Source: an uncultured delta proteobacterium (GTDB lineage Bacteria > Desulfobacterota > Binatia > Binatales > Binataceae). Taken from it: a stretch of 64,000 nucleotides of DNA. The stretch is from the NCBI GenBank assembly GCA_963808235.1, contig CAWEEQ010000004.1, positions 3,136,001 through 3,200,000 on the forward strand. The letters are read 5' to 3'. A program made the translations under genes and the position numbers. Numbering within the stretch: position 1 is the first letter of the stretch; every line of letters begins with the position of its first letter. The notes beneath the pieces are model-generated. The model made no database searches. It saw only the letters and a list, made by a program, of their open reading frames with translations, and had not been told where the DNA came from. Shown here one piece after another: positions 49,644 through 61,096 of the stretch.

Positions 49644-50009
49644 ATGCCCCGCGCCAAAGGCGGACCCAAGACGCGCCGCCGTCATAAGCGTCAACTCAAG
49701 CTCGCCTCCGGCTTCGTCGGAGGGCGCAAACTTTATCGTCAGGCTCGGTCGACGCTCGAAAAGGGCCTCACCTATGCCTACAGAGATCGCAAGCAGAAGA
49801 AGCGCGACTTCCGCACGTTGTGGATTGCGCGTATCAATGCGCTCGCGCGCGAAAGCGGCATTTCGTACAGCAGCCTGATGAACGGGCTGAAGAAGGCCGG
49901 CGTCGAGGTCGATCGCAAGATGTTGGCGAAGCTCGCGCAGGAGCGCGACGGATTGTTTACCGAGCTGGTGCGCACCGCGAAGAGCGCGCTCGGCTTAAAA
50001 GCAGCATAG
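49644..50009 (+). CDS. rplT: 50S ribosomal protein L20
   Basis: YAYRDRKQKKRDFRTLWIARINA, DRKMLA. Confidence 0.98.
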   Translation: MPRAKGGPKTRRRHKRQLKLASGFVGGRKLYRQARSTLEKGLTYAYRDRKQKKRDFRTLWIARINALARESGISYSSLMNGLKKAGVEVDRKMLAKLAQERDGLFTELVRTAKSALGLKAA

Positions 50010-50037
50010 CCACAGCGCTCCAACGCCGCGCACCAGG

Positions 50038-50074
50038 AACCATGTGGGTAATCTCCCACATGGTTTTTTGTTTT
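50038..50074 (+). terminator. Intrinsic terminator/attenuator between rplT and pheS
   Basis: Perfect stem accatgtggg/cccacatggt followed by ttttttgtttt. Confidence 0.8.
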
Positions 50075-50114
50075 CGGCACGAGCAATCTAGCTGGCGATC
50101 AGGGAACCTTAGCG

Positions 50115-51161
50115 ATGAAAGAACAACTCGAAGAAATCAGGCGGCGCGCGATGGCGGAGCTGACCGACGAGGCCGACGAAGCGCAAATCGACGCGGTTCG
50201 GGTGCGCGTGCTCGGGCGATCGGGCGAGCTTACGGAAATCATGCGCGGGATGCGCGAGGTGCCGAACGCCGAGCGTCCGGCGATCGGCCAGCTGATCAAC
50301 CAGATCAAACGCGAAGTTGAAGCGCGCATCGAAAGTCTCAGCGAGAAACTCAAAACCGCAACGCTGGCGAAATCGCTCAATGAGAAACGGCTCGACGTGA
50401 CGCTGCCCGGCATGCGCATCGCGCGAGGCCGGATTCATCCGATCACCGATATCATGGAGAAGATGCTCCAGATCTTCGAGTCGATGGGCTTCGAGGTCGC
50501 GATGACCCAGGACATCGAAGACGACTTTCATAATTTCGAAGCGCTCAACTTTCTGCCGCATCATCCGGCGCGCGACATGCAAGACACATTTTACGTCGAG
50601 GGCGGCAGCCTTTTGCGCACGCATACGTCGAACGGGCAAATCCGGGTGATGGAGAAGCGCCGGCCGCCGCTGGCCGTCGTGTGTCCCGGAAAATGCTACC
50701 GGCGTGATGATCTCGGCGTGCGCGCCTCTCCGATGTTCACCCAGATCGAAGGATTCATGATCGACAAGCGCGGGCGAATCACGATGGCTCATCTCAAAGG
50801 TGTGCTCACCGAATTCGCGAAAGCGTTTTTCGGATCGACGGCGGTCAGATTTCGCGCCAGCTACTTTCCGTTCACCGAGCCGAGCGCCGAACTCGACATC
50901 CGATGCCTCCTTTGCGACGGTGCGGGATGCCCGGTGTGCAAGCATTCCGGATGGACCGAGGTGCTGGGCTGCGGAATGATCCATCCGAACGTGATGCGCG
51001 CGGTCGAGTACAATCCCGAGGAGTACCAGGGATTCGCATTCGGTATCGGCGTCGAACGCACCGGCCTGATGAAGCTCGGCGTTGACGACATGCGCTTGTT
51101 TTTCGAAAACGACTTGCGCTTCCTGTCGCAGTTTCCGGCGTTGAGCGGGGGTGTGCGATGA
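50115..51161 (+). CDS. pheS: Phenylalanine--tRNA ligase alpha subunit
   Basis: HPARDMQDTF, LRTHTS, FPFTEPS, GFAFG. Confidence 0.98.
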   Translation: MKEQLEEIRRRAMAELTDEADEAQIDAVRVRVLGRSGELTEIMRGMREVPNAERPAIGQLINQIKREVEARIESLSEKLKTATLAKSLNEKRLDVTLPGMRIARGRIHPITDIMEKMLQIFESMGFEVAMTQDIEDDFHNFEALNFLPHHPARDMQDTFYVEGGSLLRTHTSNGQIRVMEKRRPPLAVVCPGKCYRRDDLGVRASPMFTQIEGFMIDKRGRITMAHLKGVLTEFAKAFFGSTAVRFRASYFPFTEPSAELDIRCLLCDGAGCPVCKHSGWTEVLGCGMIHPNVMRAVEYNPEEYQGFAFGIGVERTGLMKLGVDDMRLFFENDLRFLSQFPALSGGVR

Positions 51162-53569
51162 AGCTGCCGCTCAGTTGGCTCAAGGCTTTCGTCAGCATCG
51201 ACGCGTCCGTCGAGGAAATTTCGCGGCGCCTCAGCTACGCGGGGCTGGTGGTCGAAAACGTGGAGAAACTGAGCGCGGGTTTCGCCGGCGTGTTCGCAGC
51301 CAAGGTAATCGGAATCGAAAAGCATCCGAACGCGGACCGGCTCAGGCTTTGCGACGTCGACGCGGGCGTCAAGGGCAAGTTCAAAGTCGTGTGCGGAGCG
51401 CCCAACGTAACTGTCGGCATGATCGCGCCGCTCGCGCTGGTGGGTGCGCAACTCGGCAAGGAGCCGCCGCTCGAGGCGGCGGTCATCCGCGGAATCACGT
51501 CCGAGGGGATGCTCTGCTCCGAGCGAGAGCTCGGCCTTTCGCAGGATCACGCGGGCATCCTGGCTCTGGGAGCGGACGCGCCGCTCGGCGAAGAAGTCGC
51601 GGAATATCTGCATCTCGGCGACACGGTGCTCGATATCGAGATCACTCCGAACCGCGGCGATTGCCTGTCGATCCTGGGCCTCTCGCGCGAAGTCGCCGCG
51701 TTGTTCGGCGCAAAACTTCAAGGCCCGAAGCTTCGCCAGACTCGTTCGCCCCGCTCGCAAGACGAACTCGCGTTCTCGGTTTCGATGGACGCACCCGAAC
51801 TATGTCCGCGTTACGCCGCACTCGCGATGACGGGGATCAAGCTCGGCCCGTCTCCGGCATGGCTCAGGCGGCGGCTCGAACTATGCGGGATGCGCGCGCT
51901 GAACAACGTCGTCGATGCGACCAACTACGTGATGCTCGAACTTGGGCAGCCGCTGCACGCATTCGACTTCGCAAAGATCGCGGGCGGAAAAATTGTAGTT
52001 CGCCGCGCCGGCGACACGCGCGAATTCGTCACGCTGGACAACGTCGCGCGGACTCTGGAATCGACCGATCTTATGATCGCGGATGGCGAGAAGCCGCTCG
52101 CGCTCGCCGGCGTGATGGGCGGTCTCAATTCCGAAGTCAGCGACTCGACCGAAACTATTTTGCTCGAGAGCGCGTACTTCGAGCCGATGACCGTTGCGCG
52201 TACCGCGCGACGCCTCGGACTGCGCAGCGAGGCAAGCTATCGCTTCGAGCGGGGAATCGACCGCCAGGGGCAGGTCGGCGCGCTGATTCGCGCCGCCGAA
52301 TTGATCCGAAAAATCGCGGCGGGCAAGGAAGCGTCGACGATATCCGACTTCGAGCCGCGCCGGTCTGAGCCGCACGAGATACAACTCGATCTCGCCGCGA
52401 TGGAAGCGCTGCTCGGCGCGCAAATTCCAGCCGCGGTTACGAAGAGCCGTCTCAAATCTCTCGGCGCGCAAGTCAGCTCCCGCGGCAAGGGCGTGCTCGC
52501 GGTTACCCCGCCCTCGTTCCGGTCCGACCTTATCGAGCAGGCCGACCTGGTCGAGGAAGTCGCGCGCCTGGGCGGGCTCGAGGAAATCCCGGCGGCGATT
52601 CCGCCGCGCCTTGCCGCTCTGGCGCCGGTGAATCCCGAGCGCGAATTCCTGAAAGGCACGCGTGAAGTGATGCTTGGGTGCGGGCTGACCGAGGCCGCGA
52701 CGATTGCCTTCATCGCGCCGGCCGACAACGCGCGTTTTCCCGGCATCAAGGGTAGCGTCCCGGTCAAAGTGACAAATCCGCTTTCGGCGGAACTGAGCGA
52801 GTTGCGCGCGAGCCTTCTTTCCGGATTGGTCACCGCGCTGCGCTTCAATCTGAATCGCGAGGCGAGCAGTTTTCATGCGTTCGAAATCGGCAAGACGTTC
52901 GGCATGAACGGGGACCTCGCGACCGAGCAAAGTCATCTCGCCGCGTTGAGTTATGGAACTTACGCGCTGTCCGCGATTGGCGAGCAGGGGGTCAAGGCGG
53001 GATTTTTTTCCATGAAGGGGATTCTGGAAACCTATCTCGACGCGATCGGAATCGCGGCACGGGTCGCCTTCCGACCGATCGAGCCCGGCGAAGCGCCGTT
53101 TTTGCATCCGGGCCGCGGTGCCGTGATCACTCTCGACGATATGCCCGTAGGGTTAATTGGCGAATTGCATCCGGCTGAAGCGATGCGACTCGATCTGAGT
53201 GATTCCTGCGCGGTATGTGAACTTGACTTAGCCAATTTCATTTCTTATGGTTTCTCGCCGCGCAAATCAGTTGAGGCGCCGCCGAGGTTTCCCGCAATCA
53301 GGCGCGATTTGGCGTTGGTGCTGGATCGGAATTTCCCGGCGGATATGGTACTCAAAACTGTTCGGGAGTGCGGCGCGTCGCTGCTGGAAAGCGTCGAGGT
53401 GTTCGACGTTTACGAGGGGACTGCAGTGGCGGCCGGAAAGAAGAGCGTGGCGCTGGCATGTCGTTACCGGGCAAAGGATCGCACGCTGACGGATGAGGAG
53501 GTTAACCGCATTCACGCCGTGTTGGTGGAGCAGGCGCGGATGCGATTAGGAGCGGAGTTGCGGCAGTAG
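51158..53569 (+). CDS. pheT: Phenylalanine--tRNA ligase beta subunit
   Basis: HPNADRL, CGAPN, TPNRGD, GQPLHAFD, RFERG, FDX-ACB tail. Confidence 0.98.
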   Translation: MKLPLSWLKAFVSIDASVEEISRRLSYAGLVVENVEKLSAGFAGVFAAKVIGIEKHPNADRLRLCDVDAGVKGKFKVVCGAPNVTVGMIAPLALVGAQLGKEPPLEAAVIRGITSEGMLCSERELGLSQDHAGILALGADAPLGEEVAEYLHLGDTVLDIEITPNRGDCLSILGLSREVAALFGAKLQGPKLRQTRSPRSQDELAFSVSMDAPELCPRYAALAMTGIKLGPSPAWLRRRLELCGMRALNNVVDATNYVMLELGQPLHAFDFAKIAGGKIVVRRAGDTREFVTLDNVARTLESTDLMIADGEKPLALAGVMGGLNSEVSDSTETILLESAYFEPMTVARTARRLGLRSEASYRFERGIDRQGQVGALIRAAELIRKIAAGKEASTISDFEPRRSEPHEIQLDLAAMEALLGAQIPAAVTKSRLKSLGAQVSSRGKGVLAVTPPSFRSDLIEQADLVEEVARLGGLEEIPAAIPPRLAALAPVNPEREFLKGTREVMLGCGLTEAATIAFIAPADNARFPGIKGSVPVKVTNPLSAELSELRASLLSGLVTALRFNLNREASSFHAFEIGKTFGMNGDLATEQSHLAALSYGTYALSAIGEQGVKAGFFSMKGILETYLDAIGIAARVAFRPIEPGEAPFLHPGRGAVITLDDMPVGLIGELHPAEAMRLDLSDSCAVCELDLANFISYGFSPRKSVEAPPRFPAIRRDLALVLDRNFPADMVLKTVRECGASLLESVEVFDVYEGTAVAAGKKSVALACRYRAKDRTLTDEEVNRIHAVLVEQARMRLGAELRQ

Positions 53570-53612
53570 CGTGCCTTAACGCGAGCGGGTGGGGATCGTT
53601 ACGCCGCAGGGC

Positions 53613-53906
53613 ATGACTAAAGCTGATCTCGTGGACTTGATCTACGAGCGGGTGGGCTCCTCGAAAAAGGAAGCCTGTGAAGTGGTCGAAGCGGTGTTCG
53701 CGATCATCAGAGATTCATTGCGCCAGGGCCAGAAAGTAAAAATTTCGGGCTTCGGCACCTTCATCGTCAACAACAAACATGCGCGCCGCGGACGAAACCC
53801 GCAGACCGGAGAGCCGATTACGATCTGTTCGCGCCGCGTGCTCTCGTTCAAGCCGAGCCAGGTGCTGAAGGAGCGGGTCAACAACGGCTCGCGGCCGGAA
53901 GCTTAG
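53613..53906 (+). CDS. ihfA: Integration host factor alpha
   Basis: MTKADL, VKISGFG.F, GRNPQTGE, FKPSQ.LK, directly after pheT. Confidence 0.93.
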   Translation: MTKADLVDLIYERVGSSKKEACEVVEAVFAIIRDSLRQGQKVKISGFGTFIVNNKHARRGRNPQTGEPITICSRRVLSFKPSQVLKERVNNGSRPEA

Positions 53907-53911
53907 CGAGC

Positions 53912-54382
53912 ATGCCACGCCTGCCATCAGTTCGGCGGCGAAAACCCGCATCGCAAATGCGAGCCGCGATGCCGTCGATTCCGGAGCGGGGTCTCAAAAT
54001 CGGCGAGGCGGCGCGAGCGCTCGGCGTCGAGACCTACGTGCTGCGCTTCTGGGAGACGCAGTTCCCATTCCTGAAACCCAAGCACACGCGCACCAAGCAT
54101 CGCTTCTACCAGCAACGGGACGTCGAAGTCCTGCGGCTAATCAAGCGCCTGCTTCATGATGAGGGCTTCACGATCGTCGGCGCGAACAAGCACATCAAGG
54201 AATTTGGAATCGACGCCTTGATGGCGGGCAAGACCACGGCGAAGGCGGCGGCATCATCGTCGGCGCCGGTGCCGGAGCGCGCGGCTCGCGCGGAGCAATC
54301 GCCAGGCGACGGGAATGCGCGCCGAGTCCTCAATGAGGTCCGGCGCGACCTCGAGACGATTCACAAAATTTTAGAAGACTGA
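53912..54382 (+). CDS. MerR family regulator (ihfA-linked)
   Basis: KIGEAA..LGV..YVLRFWETQF, R.Y, LL..EGFTI.GA. Confidence 0.9.
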   Translation: MPRLPSVRRRKPASQMRAAMPSIPERGLKIGEAARALGVETYVLRFWETQFPFLKPKHTRTKHRFYQQRDVEVLRLIKRLLHDEGFTIVGANKHIKEFGIDALMAGKTTAKAAASSSAPVPERAARAEQSPGDGNARRVLNEVRRDLETIHKILED

Positions 54383-54456
54383 GCGCGGAAAGGATCTCGG
54401 AATAAGGAATTCGGACCCTCACCCGCACCGAGAAAACTCGGCGCGGGCCTTGGCGA

Positions 54457-56961
54457 TTAGTCGACGGCGCGTTCCTGGGCTGCCAACTGAGCTTCTGCGG
54501 GCTTGCGCGCGGTGGCCGTGACTTCCGCGCGCGGCTGGCGGAGTAGCTTGCCGAGCGGCGCGAGATTCAGTTCGGTTGCGCACTCTTCGACTGCGCGATA
54601 GGCAATTTGTCCCGACCGCACCATCTCCGCGACCAGGCTTATCGCGCCGGCTAGCGTGAGCGCTCCGAGCGCAAGCGCTAGTTCAGGAAATCCGGCCGCT
54701 GCCATGGCCAATGCGCCGACCGTGCTCGCGGCCAGAGACATTTTCGCGATTCGCGTGAGTTTCACGCGGGCCAGCACGTGGTTCTTGAGCTTGTTTGCCT
54801 CGTGCTCTTCGTCGGCGGTCTTGAACTCGATTCGGGTCCACGGATTGGGCCGCACTTCGAGGTCGTAGTCGTTCCATCCAGCGTCGACGACGGCGCCATG
54901 TCCGTTGCGCGCGAACAATTTCATCATTCGATCGAGCAGACGATCGCGGGTGACGCCCTCCTCGTTCCAGTAGCCAAGGCGCACCGCGCGTCCCATCCAA
55001 TCAATCGACGGCCGCTGGCGAACGCTCTCCGCCGCGCCCTGTCCGGTCTGGGCTTTCGCCCGGGTCTTGTACCGCATCATCGTTCGCACCATCGGGCCCG
55101 TGTACGCGAGATACGCTATCAGCATCCGCGCCATGAAGCTGTCGTGAGATTTCTCAAGCGGGGCGTGCCACGCATAATAGAGCGCCCAGATAGGGCCGAG
55201 CGAGAGCATCGCGGCCGCCGGAATCAGCGACAGTCCGAGCACGAAGGAAAGCACCAGCGCGACTGCGGAGAGCACGGTCCACTCCAGCGTCTGCGGCAAT
55301 ACGCCGGCGAGAGTCAGGCCCGGATCGAACAGCGTCTGTGCGCCCGCGGTTGCGGTCTTCCAGAGGACTCGTTTGCGATTCCCACCCGGGATAGTCCGCG
55401 CGATTCCGGGAATCGTACCGCGCCAAGCGATCTGCCCCATTATGTTGAAGCGCTCCGAATAACGCGGATAGAGCATCGCTTCCGCGCGCCCGTAGCCGCG
55501 CTGCTGTCCGTAGTAGGCCTTGATAGTGTTGCGCCGGAAGTGCCACACGAACGCGGCTGGCGAGAAGCCGAGCTTGAGGCCCGCGTCGAGCATCCGCCAG
55601 CATACGTCGACATCGTCGCCGGCCGCGGTGAACTGCGGATCGAATCCGCCGACTTTGGTGAGCGCCGCGCGGGTGAAGACCATGTTGCATCCGGCCAGAT
55701 GTTCGGCCCGATCCTCGGCGACCAGCACGTGGCATGGGGCGCCTGGGGACGCGGCGCAGCAGGCCTCGATCCAGCCGTCTTCATGCGGCGCGTAATTGGG
55801 TCCGCCGCATCCGTCGAAATTATTTTCGGTCATCGATCGGACCATCAGCGTGAGCCAATGCTGATCGACGACGCAGTCGGAATCGGTATAGGCGATAATC
55901 TCGCCGCGCGCCGCTTGCATCCCGACGTTGCGCGCGAAGCTGAGGCCCTTGTTGGGCTGGCGAATCAAGCGGAACTCGGGAAAGTCCATCGAGATTTCGG
56001 CGGTGCTGTCGCGCGAGCCGTCGTCGACGATGACCACCTCGAAGTTCGGATAGTCGAGGTTTTTGAGCGATTCGAGGCACGGACGCATCGTGCGCTCGGC
56101 GTTGTAGGCGCAAATGACGACCGAGACCATCGGCATCTTTTCCGGACGCGGAGGACAGGTGCCGTTGAGCGTCACGAACGGCATCAATTCGGACGCACGC
56201 AGCATGCGCACGCCGAGCCAGTCGTGGGAGACCGGGGCAGGAACGGCAGGGGCAACGACGCCTGCCGCACCCGTACCGAACGCGACTGCTACCGCTTCGT
56301 CCTGCTGAAGCGACGCGTCGCGGAACTCGATCAGAACTGGACGGGCCTCAGCGAGATTGTGCAGGGCGATCACAAAATCGCGAATCTCGATCGGCTCGAG
56401 CGGGGGGATTTCTCCGTAAAGAAAATCTTCCTCGAGCAGCGAGAGCGCGCGGGTTTCCGGACGCACCTTGATTCCGACGATCGCACCCGGCGCGCGTTCC
56501 TTGATCGTCTTGATGAGAGAGCGGAAGCGCCGTCGCGCGTTTTCGAGTCCGCCGACGCGAAGGGCGTCCTGGCTGATTTCGCAATCGATAACGTAGCCGA
56601 CCAGCGCAGGATGCCTGCTGAAGATGTGCGCAGTATGCGCGATTCGCGAGAGCGCCGATTTCCATTCGCGCCGGCCCATCAACTCTTCCGGCGTAATTCC
56701 CAGTTCGACCAATGCGACCAGTCCCGACTGCGCCGCGAGGTCGAGACACGGCTGCGCCTGCGCCTCGCTGAGCAGAAGGCCGGTGGTGTGAGCAATTTTG
56801 AGATTGTCAAGTCGTTTGCGGAGTTTGAGCTTCTGGCCGAAGTCGAGAGTCGCGCTGACGTCCGGCAATCGCATCGCCTTGAAAAAGAACTTCTGTCCTG
56901 CGCGAGAAAGGAATTTGCCGTGAGTGATTACATTGTGACTGGAGTCGGAGTTGGTATGCAT
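54457..56961 (-). CDS. GT2 glycosyltransferase with N-terminal barrel-like domain and C-terminal membrane region
   Basis: SVVICAYN, VDDGSRD, ARN.G, TDSD, GCNM, GDDVD, QQRGYG. Confidence 0.92.
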   Translation of the reverse strand: MHTNSDSSHNVITHGKFLSRAGQKFFFKAMRLPDVSATLDFGQKLKLRKRLDNLKIAHTTGLLLSEAQAQPCLDLAAQSGLVALVELGITPEELMGRREWKSALSRIAHTAHIFSRHPALVGYVIDCEISQDALRVGGLENARRRFRSLIKTIKERAPGAIVGIKVRPETRALSLLEEDFLYGEIPPLEPIEIRDFVIALHNLAEARPVLIEFRDASLQQDEAVAVAFGTGAAGVVAPAVPAPVSHDWLGVRMLRASELMPFVTLNGTCPPRPEKMPMVSVVICAYNAERTMRPCLESLKNLDYPNFEVVIVDDGSRDSTAEISMDFPEFRLIRQPNKGLSFARNVGMQAARGEIIAYTDSDCVVDQHWLTLMVRSMTENNFDGCGGPNYAPHEDGWIEACCAASPGAPCHVLVAEDRAEHLAGCNMVFTRAALTKVGGFDPQFTAAGDDVDVCWRMLDAGLKLGFSPAAFVWHFRRNTIKAYYGQQRGYGRAEAMLYPRYSERFNIMGQIAWRGTIPGIARTIPGGNRKRVLWKTATAGAQTLFDPGLTLAGVLPQTLEWTVLSAVALVLSFVLGLSLIPAAAMLSLGPIWALYYAWHAPLEKSHDSFMARMLIAYLAYTGPMVRTMMRYKTRAKAQTGQGAAESVRQRPSIDWMGRAVRLGYWNEEGVTRDRLLDRMMKLFARNGHGAVVDAGWNDYDLEVRPNPWTRIEFKTADEEHEANKLKNHVLARVKLTRIAKMSLAASTVGALAMAAAGFPELALALGALTLAGAISLVAEMVRSGQIAYRAVEECATELNLAPLGKLLRQPRAEVTATARKPAEAQLAAQERAVD

Positions 56962-56992
56962 GGAGGTGGATGTCCTTTCGCCAAGGACCTAA

Positions 56993-57009
56993 TTGCCAGA
57001 GCCATGCCA
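56993..57009 (-). promoter_or_regulatory. Putative sigma54 (-24/-12) promoter of the GT2 gene
   Basis: Minus strand reads TGGCATGGCTCTGGCAA (GG-N10-GC), about 30 nt upstream of ATG 56961. An enhancer-binding protein gene lies nearby. Confidence 0.6.
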
Positions 57010-57303
57010 CGGGGAAACTTCAACAACAGCGCGCCTTTCCGCGCGGCGCCTCGGATCGTTCAAACCAATTGGTGCGAGCGCTGTACGATTTGCGGGTGGC
57101 GACGATCGGGCTTATAAAGTTCGCAGGGTGCAAAATTGGGCAGATGCGGCTAATACGGGCACGCTGGATTGGTTATTTTGCGAATGTTATAGGTCATCTA
57201 GAGCGAGGAGAAATGATCGGCTGGCACTGCATGATCAGCAACTATTGCGGACCAGCGATTAACATAACCAAGACTCAATTCTTCCACCCGGTTTAAATCG
57301 CCT

Positions 57304-59025
57304 ATGAAACTGATGCGCGCCTGTGGATGCAGCAAACCATCAAAGACCGTCGAACGCCGAAAACCGAACGATCCGCCAATTGAGGCCACCCCCGAGGACC
57401 TTCAAACAATCAGGGACCAGCTTGCCGAGATCGAGCTATCGCTCTCGCGCCTGTGGGGTCCGACAATTTGGAGCCGAACGCCAGAGTGCATCCAAATTCG
57501 CGACGAGGCGGCCGACCTGATTGACCGGCACTTCGACGGAATCGTCGACCAGTGGGGCGAAGCGATCGCAGGCATCATCCACGGCAATTCGAAGATCGCC
57601 CGCAAGGATACTGACGAGAAGGGCCGTCAAGACAATATGGTCAATTCTCTTATCCGCTTCGTCGATCATCTTCGCGATCCGGATGACATCAGCACCTACG
57701 TCTATCTGCGCAGGCATTGCCAGGAAGGAATGCTCTCGCGACTCAAGCCGTCGCAGTTCAACGTCATTCATATCGCGCTCAAGCAAATAATTTTAGATCA
57801 CGTCAAATCCACGATGACCGGTCCTGCGATGGAACGAGTGCGCGACCTGATGGTCGCGGCGATCGACGAGCGGCGCCTGATGGTTTCGCAGTTCTACATC
57901 GAATCGCGGGAACGGCTGCTGCGAGAGTCGGAGGAAAAGTATCGCAACACGATCGACCACGCGCCCGACCCGATGTACGAGATCGAGCCGCATACATGGA
58001 TTGTGACCGGCCTGAATGCGGCCGCCCAGCGGCTCCATCAAATGGAAGCCGAAAAGGGACACGCGGAGCACCAGATTATTGGAAATCCCCTGACGGAGTT
58101 GGTCCCAGAGGAGCAAAGACCCGGCGTCATCCTCGGCTTGGAGACAGTCTTGCGCCAGGGATCGGCGCAGACTTCGGAATTTCCGATCGGGCCATGGTTC
58201 TTTGACGTAAACTCCGCGATGATCACCTACGGTAAGAAGCAATTCATCCAGATGATCCTTCGCGACGTTACCCAGCGCCGCGAGATGCTCGATTCGCTGA
58301 TCAAGGCGGAACGACTCGCGGCAGCGGGCACGTTTGCGGCGGGCGTCGCGCATGAGGTGAACAATCCACTCGCGTCAATCTCCTCGCTGGTGCAGTCGAT
58401 CCTGGGCGGCGAAGGCGACCTGCAGCGCCGCACGACTCTGCACACGATTCTTTCCCAAATCACGCGAATCTCGAGCACGCTCAAGGACCTGGTTAACTTC
58501 GCGCGGCCAACCACGGCGCAGCGCAAGCCGGTCGATGTGAACGGGCTTATCGCCGAGACGCTCCGCCTGATCAGCTACAACAAGCGTTTCAGCGGCATCC
58601 AGATTGAACCGATCCTCGCGCCCGACTTGCAGCGCGCATTCGCCGACGACAACGAGATCCAGCAAGTGCTCCTCAATCTGCTCTTCAACGCCGCCGACGC
58701 GTCGCCGGCCGCGGGCAGCGTGATCAAAGTGATCACCGAAAATCAGCGCGCGGCCCAGGGTTCCGACCAGTCGCGCCGCATCACTATCAAGGTCGTGGAT
58801 AATGGGATTGGAATTCCGCGCGAGCATCTCGAACGCGTGTTCGATCCATTTTTCACCACCAAACCCGCGGGCGCCGGGGTCGGACTCGGATTGTCGCTAT
58901 GCCAGCGCATGATCCTGTCCAATCACGGCACCATTCGCGTCGACAGCGAAGTCGGCCGCGGCACCGCCGTCACGATCAGCTTGCAGGCGGATAAAGAAGA
59001 GGCGCGCGCGCAAAGCGCTGCCTAG
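57304..59025 (+). CDS. Soluble sensor histidine kinase (helical globin-like domain + PAS + HisKA + HATPase), start uncertain
   Basis: AHEVNNPL, QVLLNLLFNA, DNGIGI, FDPFFTTK, GVGLGL. No TM segment. Confidence 0.92.
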   Translation: MKLMRACGCSKPSKTVERRKPNDPPIEATPEDLQTIRDQLAEIELSLSRLWGPTIWSRTPECIQIRDEAADLIDRHFDGIVDQWGEAIAGIIHGNSKIARKDTDEKGRQDNMVNSLIRFVDHLRDPDDISTYVYLRRHCQEGMLSRLKPSQFNVIHIALKQIILDHVKSTMTGPAMERVRDLMVAAIDERRLMVSQFYIESRERLLRESEEKYRNTIDHAPDPMYEIEPHTWIVTGLNAAAQRLHQMEAEKGHAEHQIIGNPLTELVPEEQRPGVILGLETVLRQGSAQTSEFPIGPWFFDVNSAMITYGKKQFIQMILRDVTQRREMLDSLIKAERLAAAGTFAAGVAHEVNNPLASISSLVQSILGGEGDLQRRTTLHTILSQITRISSTLKDLVNFARPTTAQRKPVDVNGLIAETLRLISYNKRFSGIQIEPILAPDLQRAFADDNEIQQVLLNLLFNAADASPAAGSVIKVITENQRAAQGSDQSRRITIKVVDNGIGIPREHLERVFDPFFTTKPAGAGVGLGLSLCQRMILSNHGTIRVDSEVGRGTAVTISLQADKEEARAQSAA

Positions 59026-59028
59026 CCG

Positions 59029-60456
<1,428 letters not shown>

Positions 60457-60541
60457 GCGGGCGGGAATAATAGTGGCAATCGGTTAGTCGAGGATATAGA
60501 CTTTCCAGAGGGCAGACCGAGCGGTCGGCCCGGAGACAATT

Positions 60542-60790
60542 ATGGATCTCTTTGCGCCAAGCCATCTGCTGATCATTCTGTTGATCATTCTCGTCATTTT
60601 CGGCCCGAGCAAGCTCGGCGACGTCGGCGGCGCCATGGGCAAGGCAATTCGCGACTTCAAACGCGCGATGAACGAACCCGACGATGCGGCGAAAACTGTC
60701 GCGAAGACCGACGATGTCAGAGCCTCCGAAGCAAGAACGACCGGCGAAATAAAAACCCCCGAAGTAGTAAAGCCCGACAAAGTTTCGTAG
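60542..60790 (+). CDS. tatA: Twin-arginine translocase TatA/TatE
   Basis: TM helix followed by FGPSKL...GKAIRDFKRAM. Confidence 0.93.
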   Translation: MDLFAPSHLLIILLIILVIFGPSKLGDVGGAMGKAIRDFKRAMNEPDDAAKTVAKTDDVRASEARTTGEIKTPEVVKPDKVS

Positions 60791-61096
60791 ATACGCTTCC
60801 CGCTTTTCGATCGTTCCCTCCCATCGCCGACATTTCGCCTAGTGTCGAATTCTGGTTGTGGTAAAATCGCGTTGAGGCGATCCAGTACGCACCCGGATCG
60901 CCGTCGCGACGCTCGGCGCCTCATCTTTCTTTCGCCGTGCGCGCGGTCTTTTCATGGGAGGGCCTCTCGTTTTGCCTCAGAATCCCGATAGATACGTCCG
61001 CTTGTTTCTCTTGAGTGGAGGCTGATTTGCCGAACTGAAACCTGTCTCGCTCCCAGGCATCTGGGGAGCGCCAGACCGCGACAAAAGGAGCCGACC

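Noticed and set aside
50010-50114. pheM-like leader peptide or T-box
   Set aside because: No Phe-rich short ORF or T-box consensus found. Only a terminator hairpin is supported.
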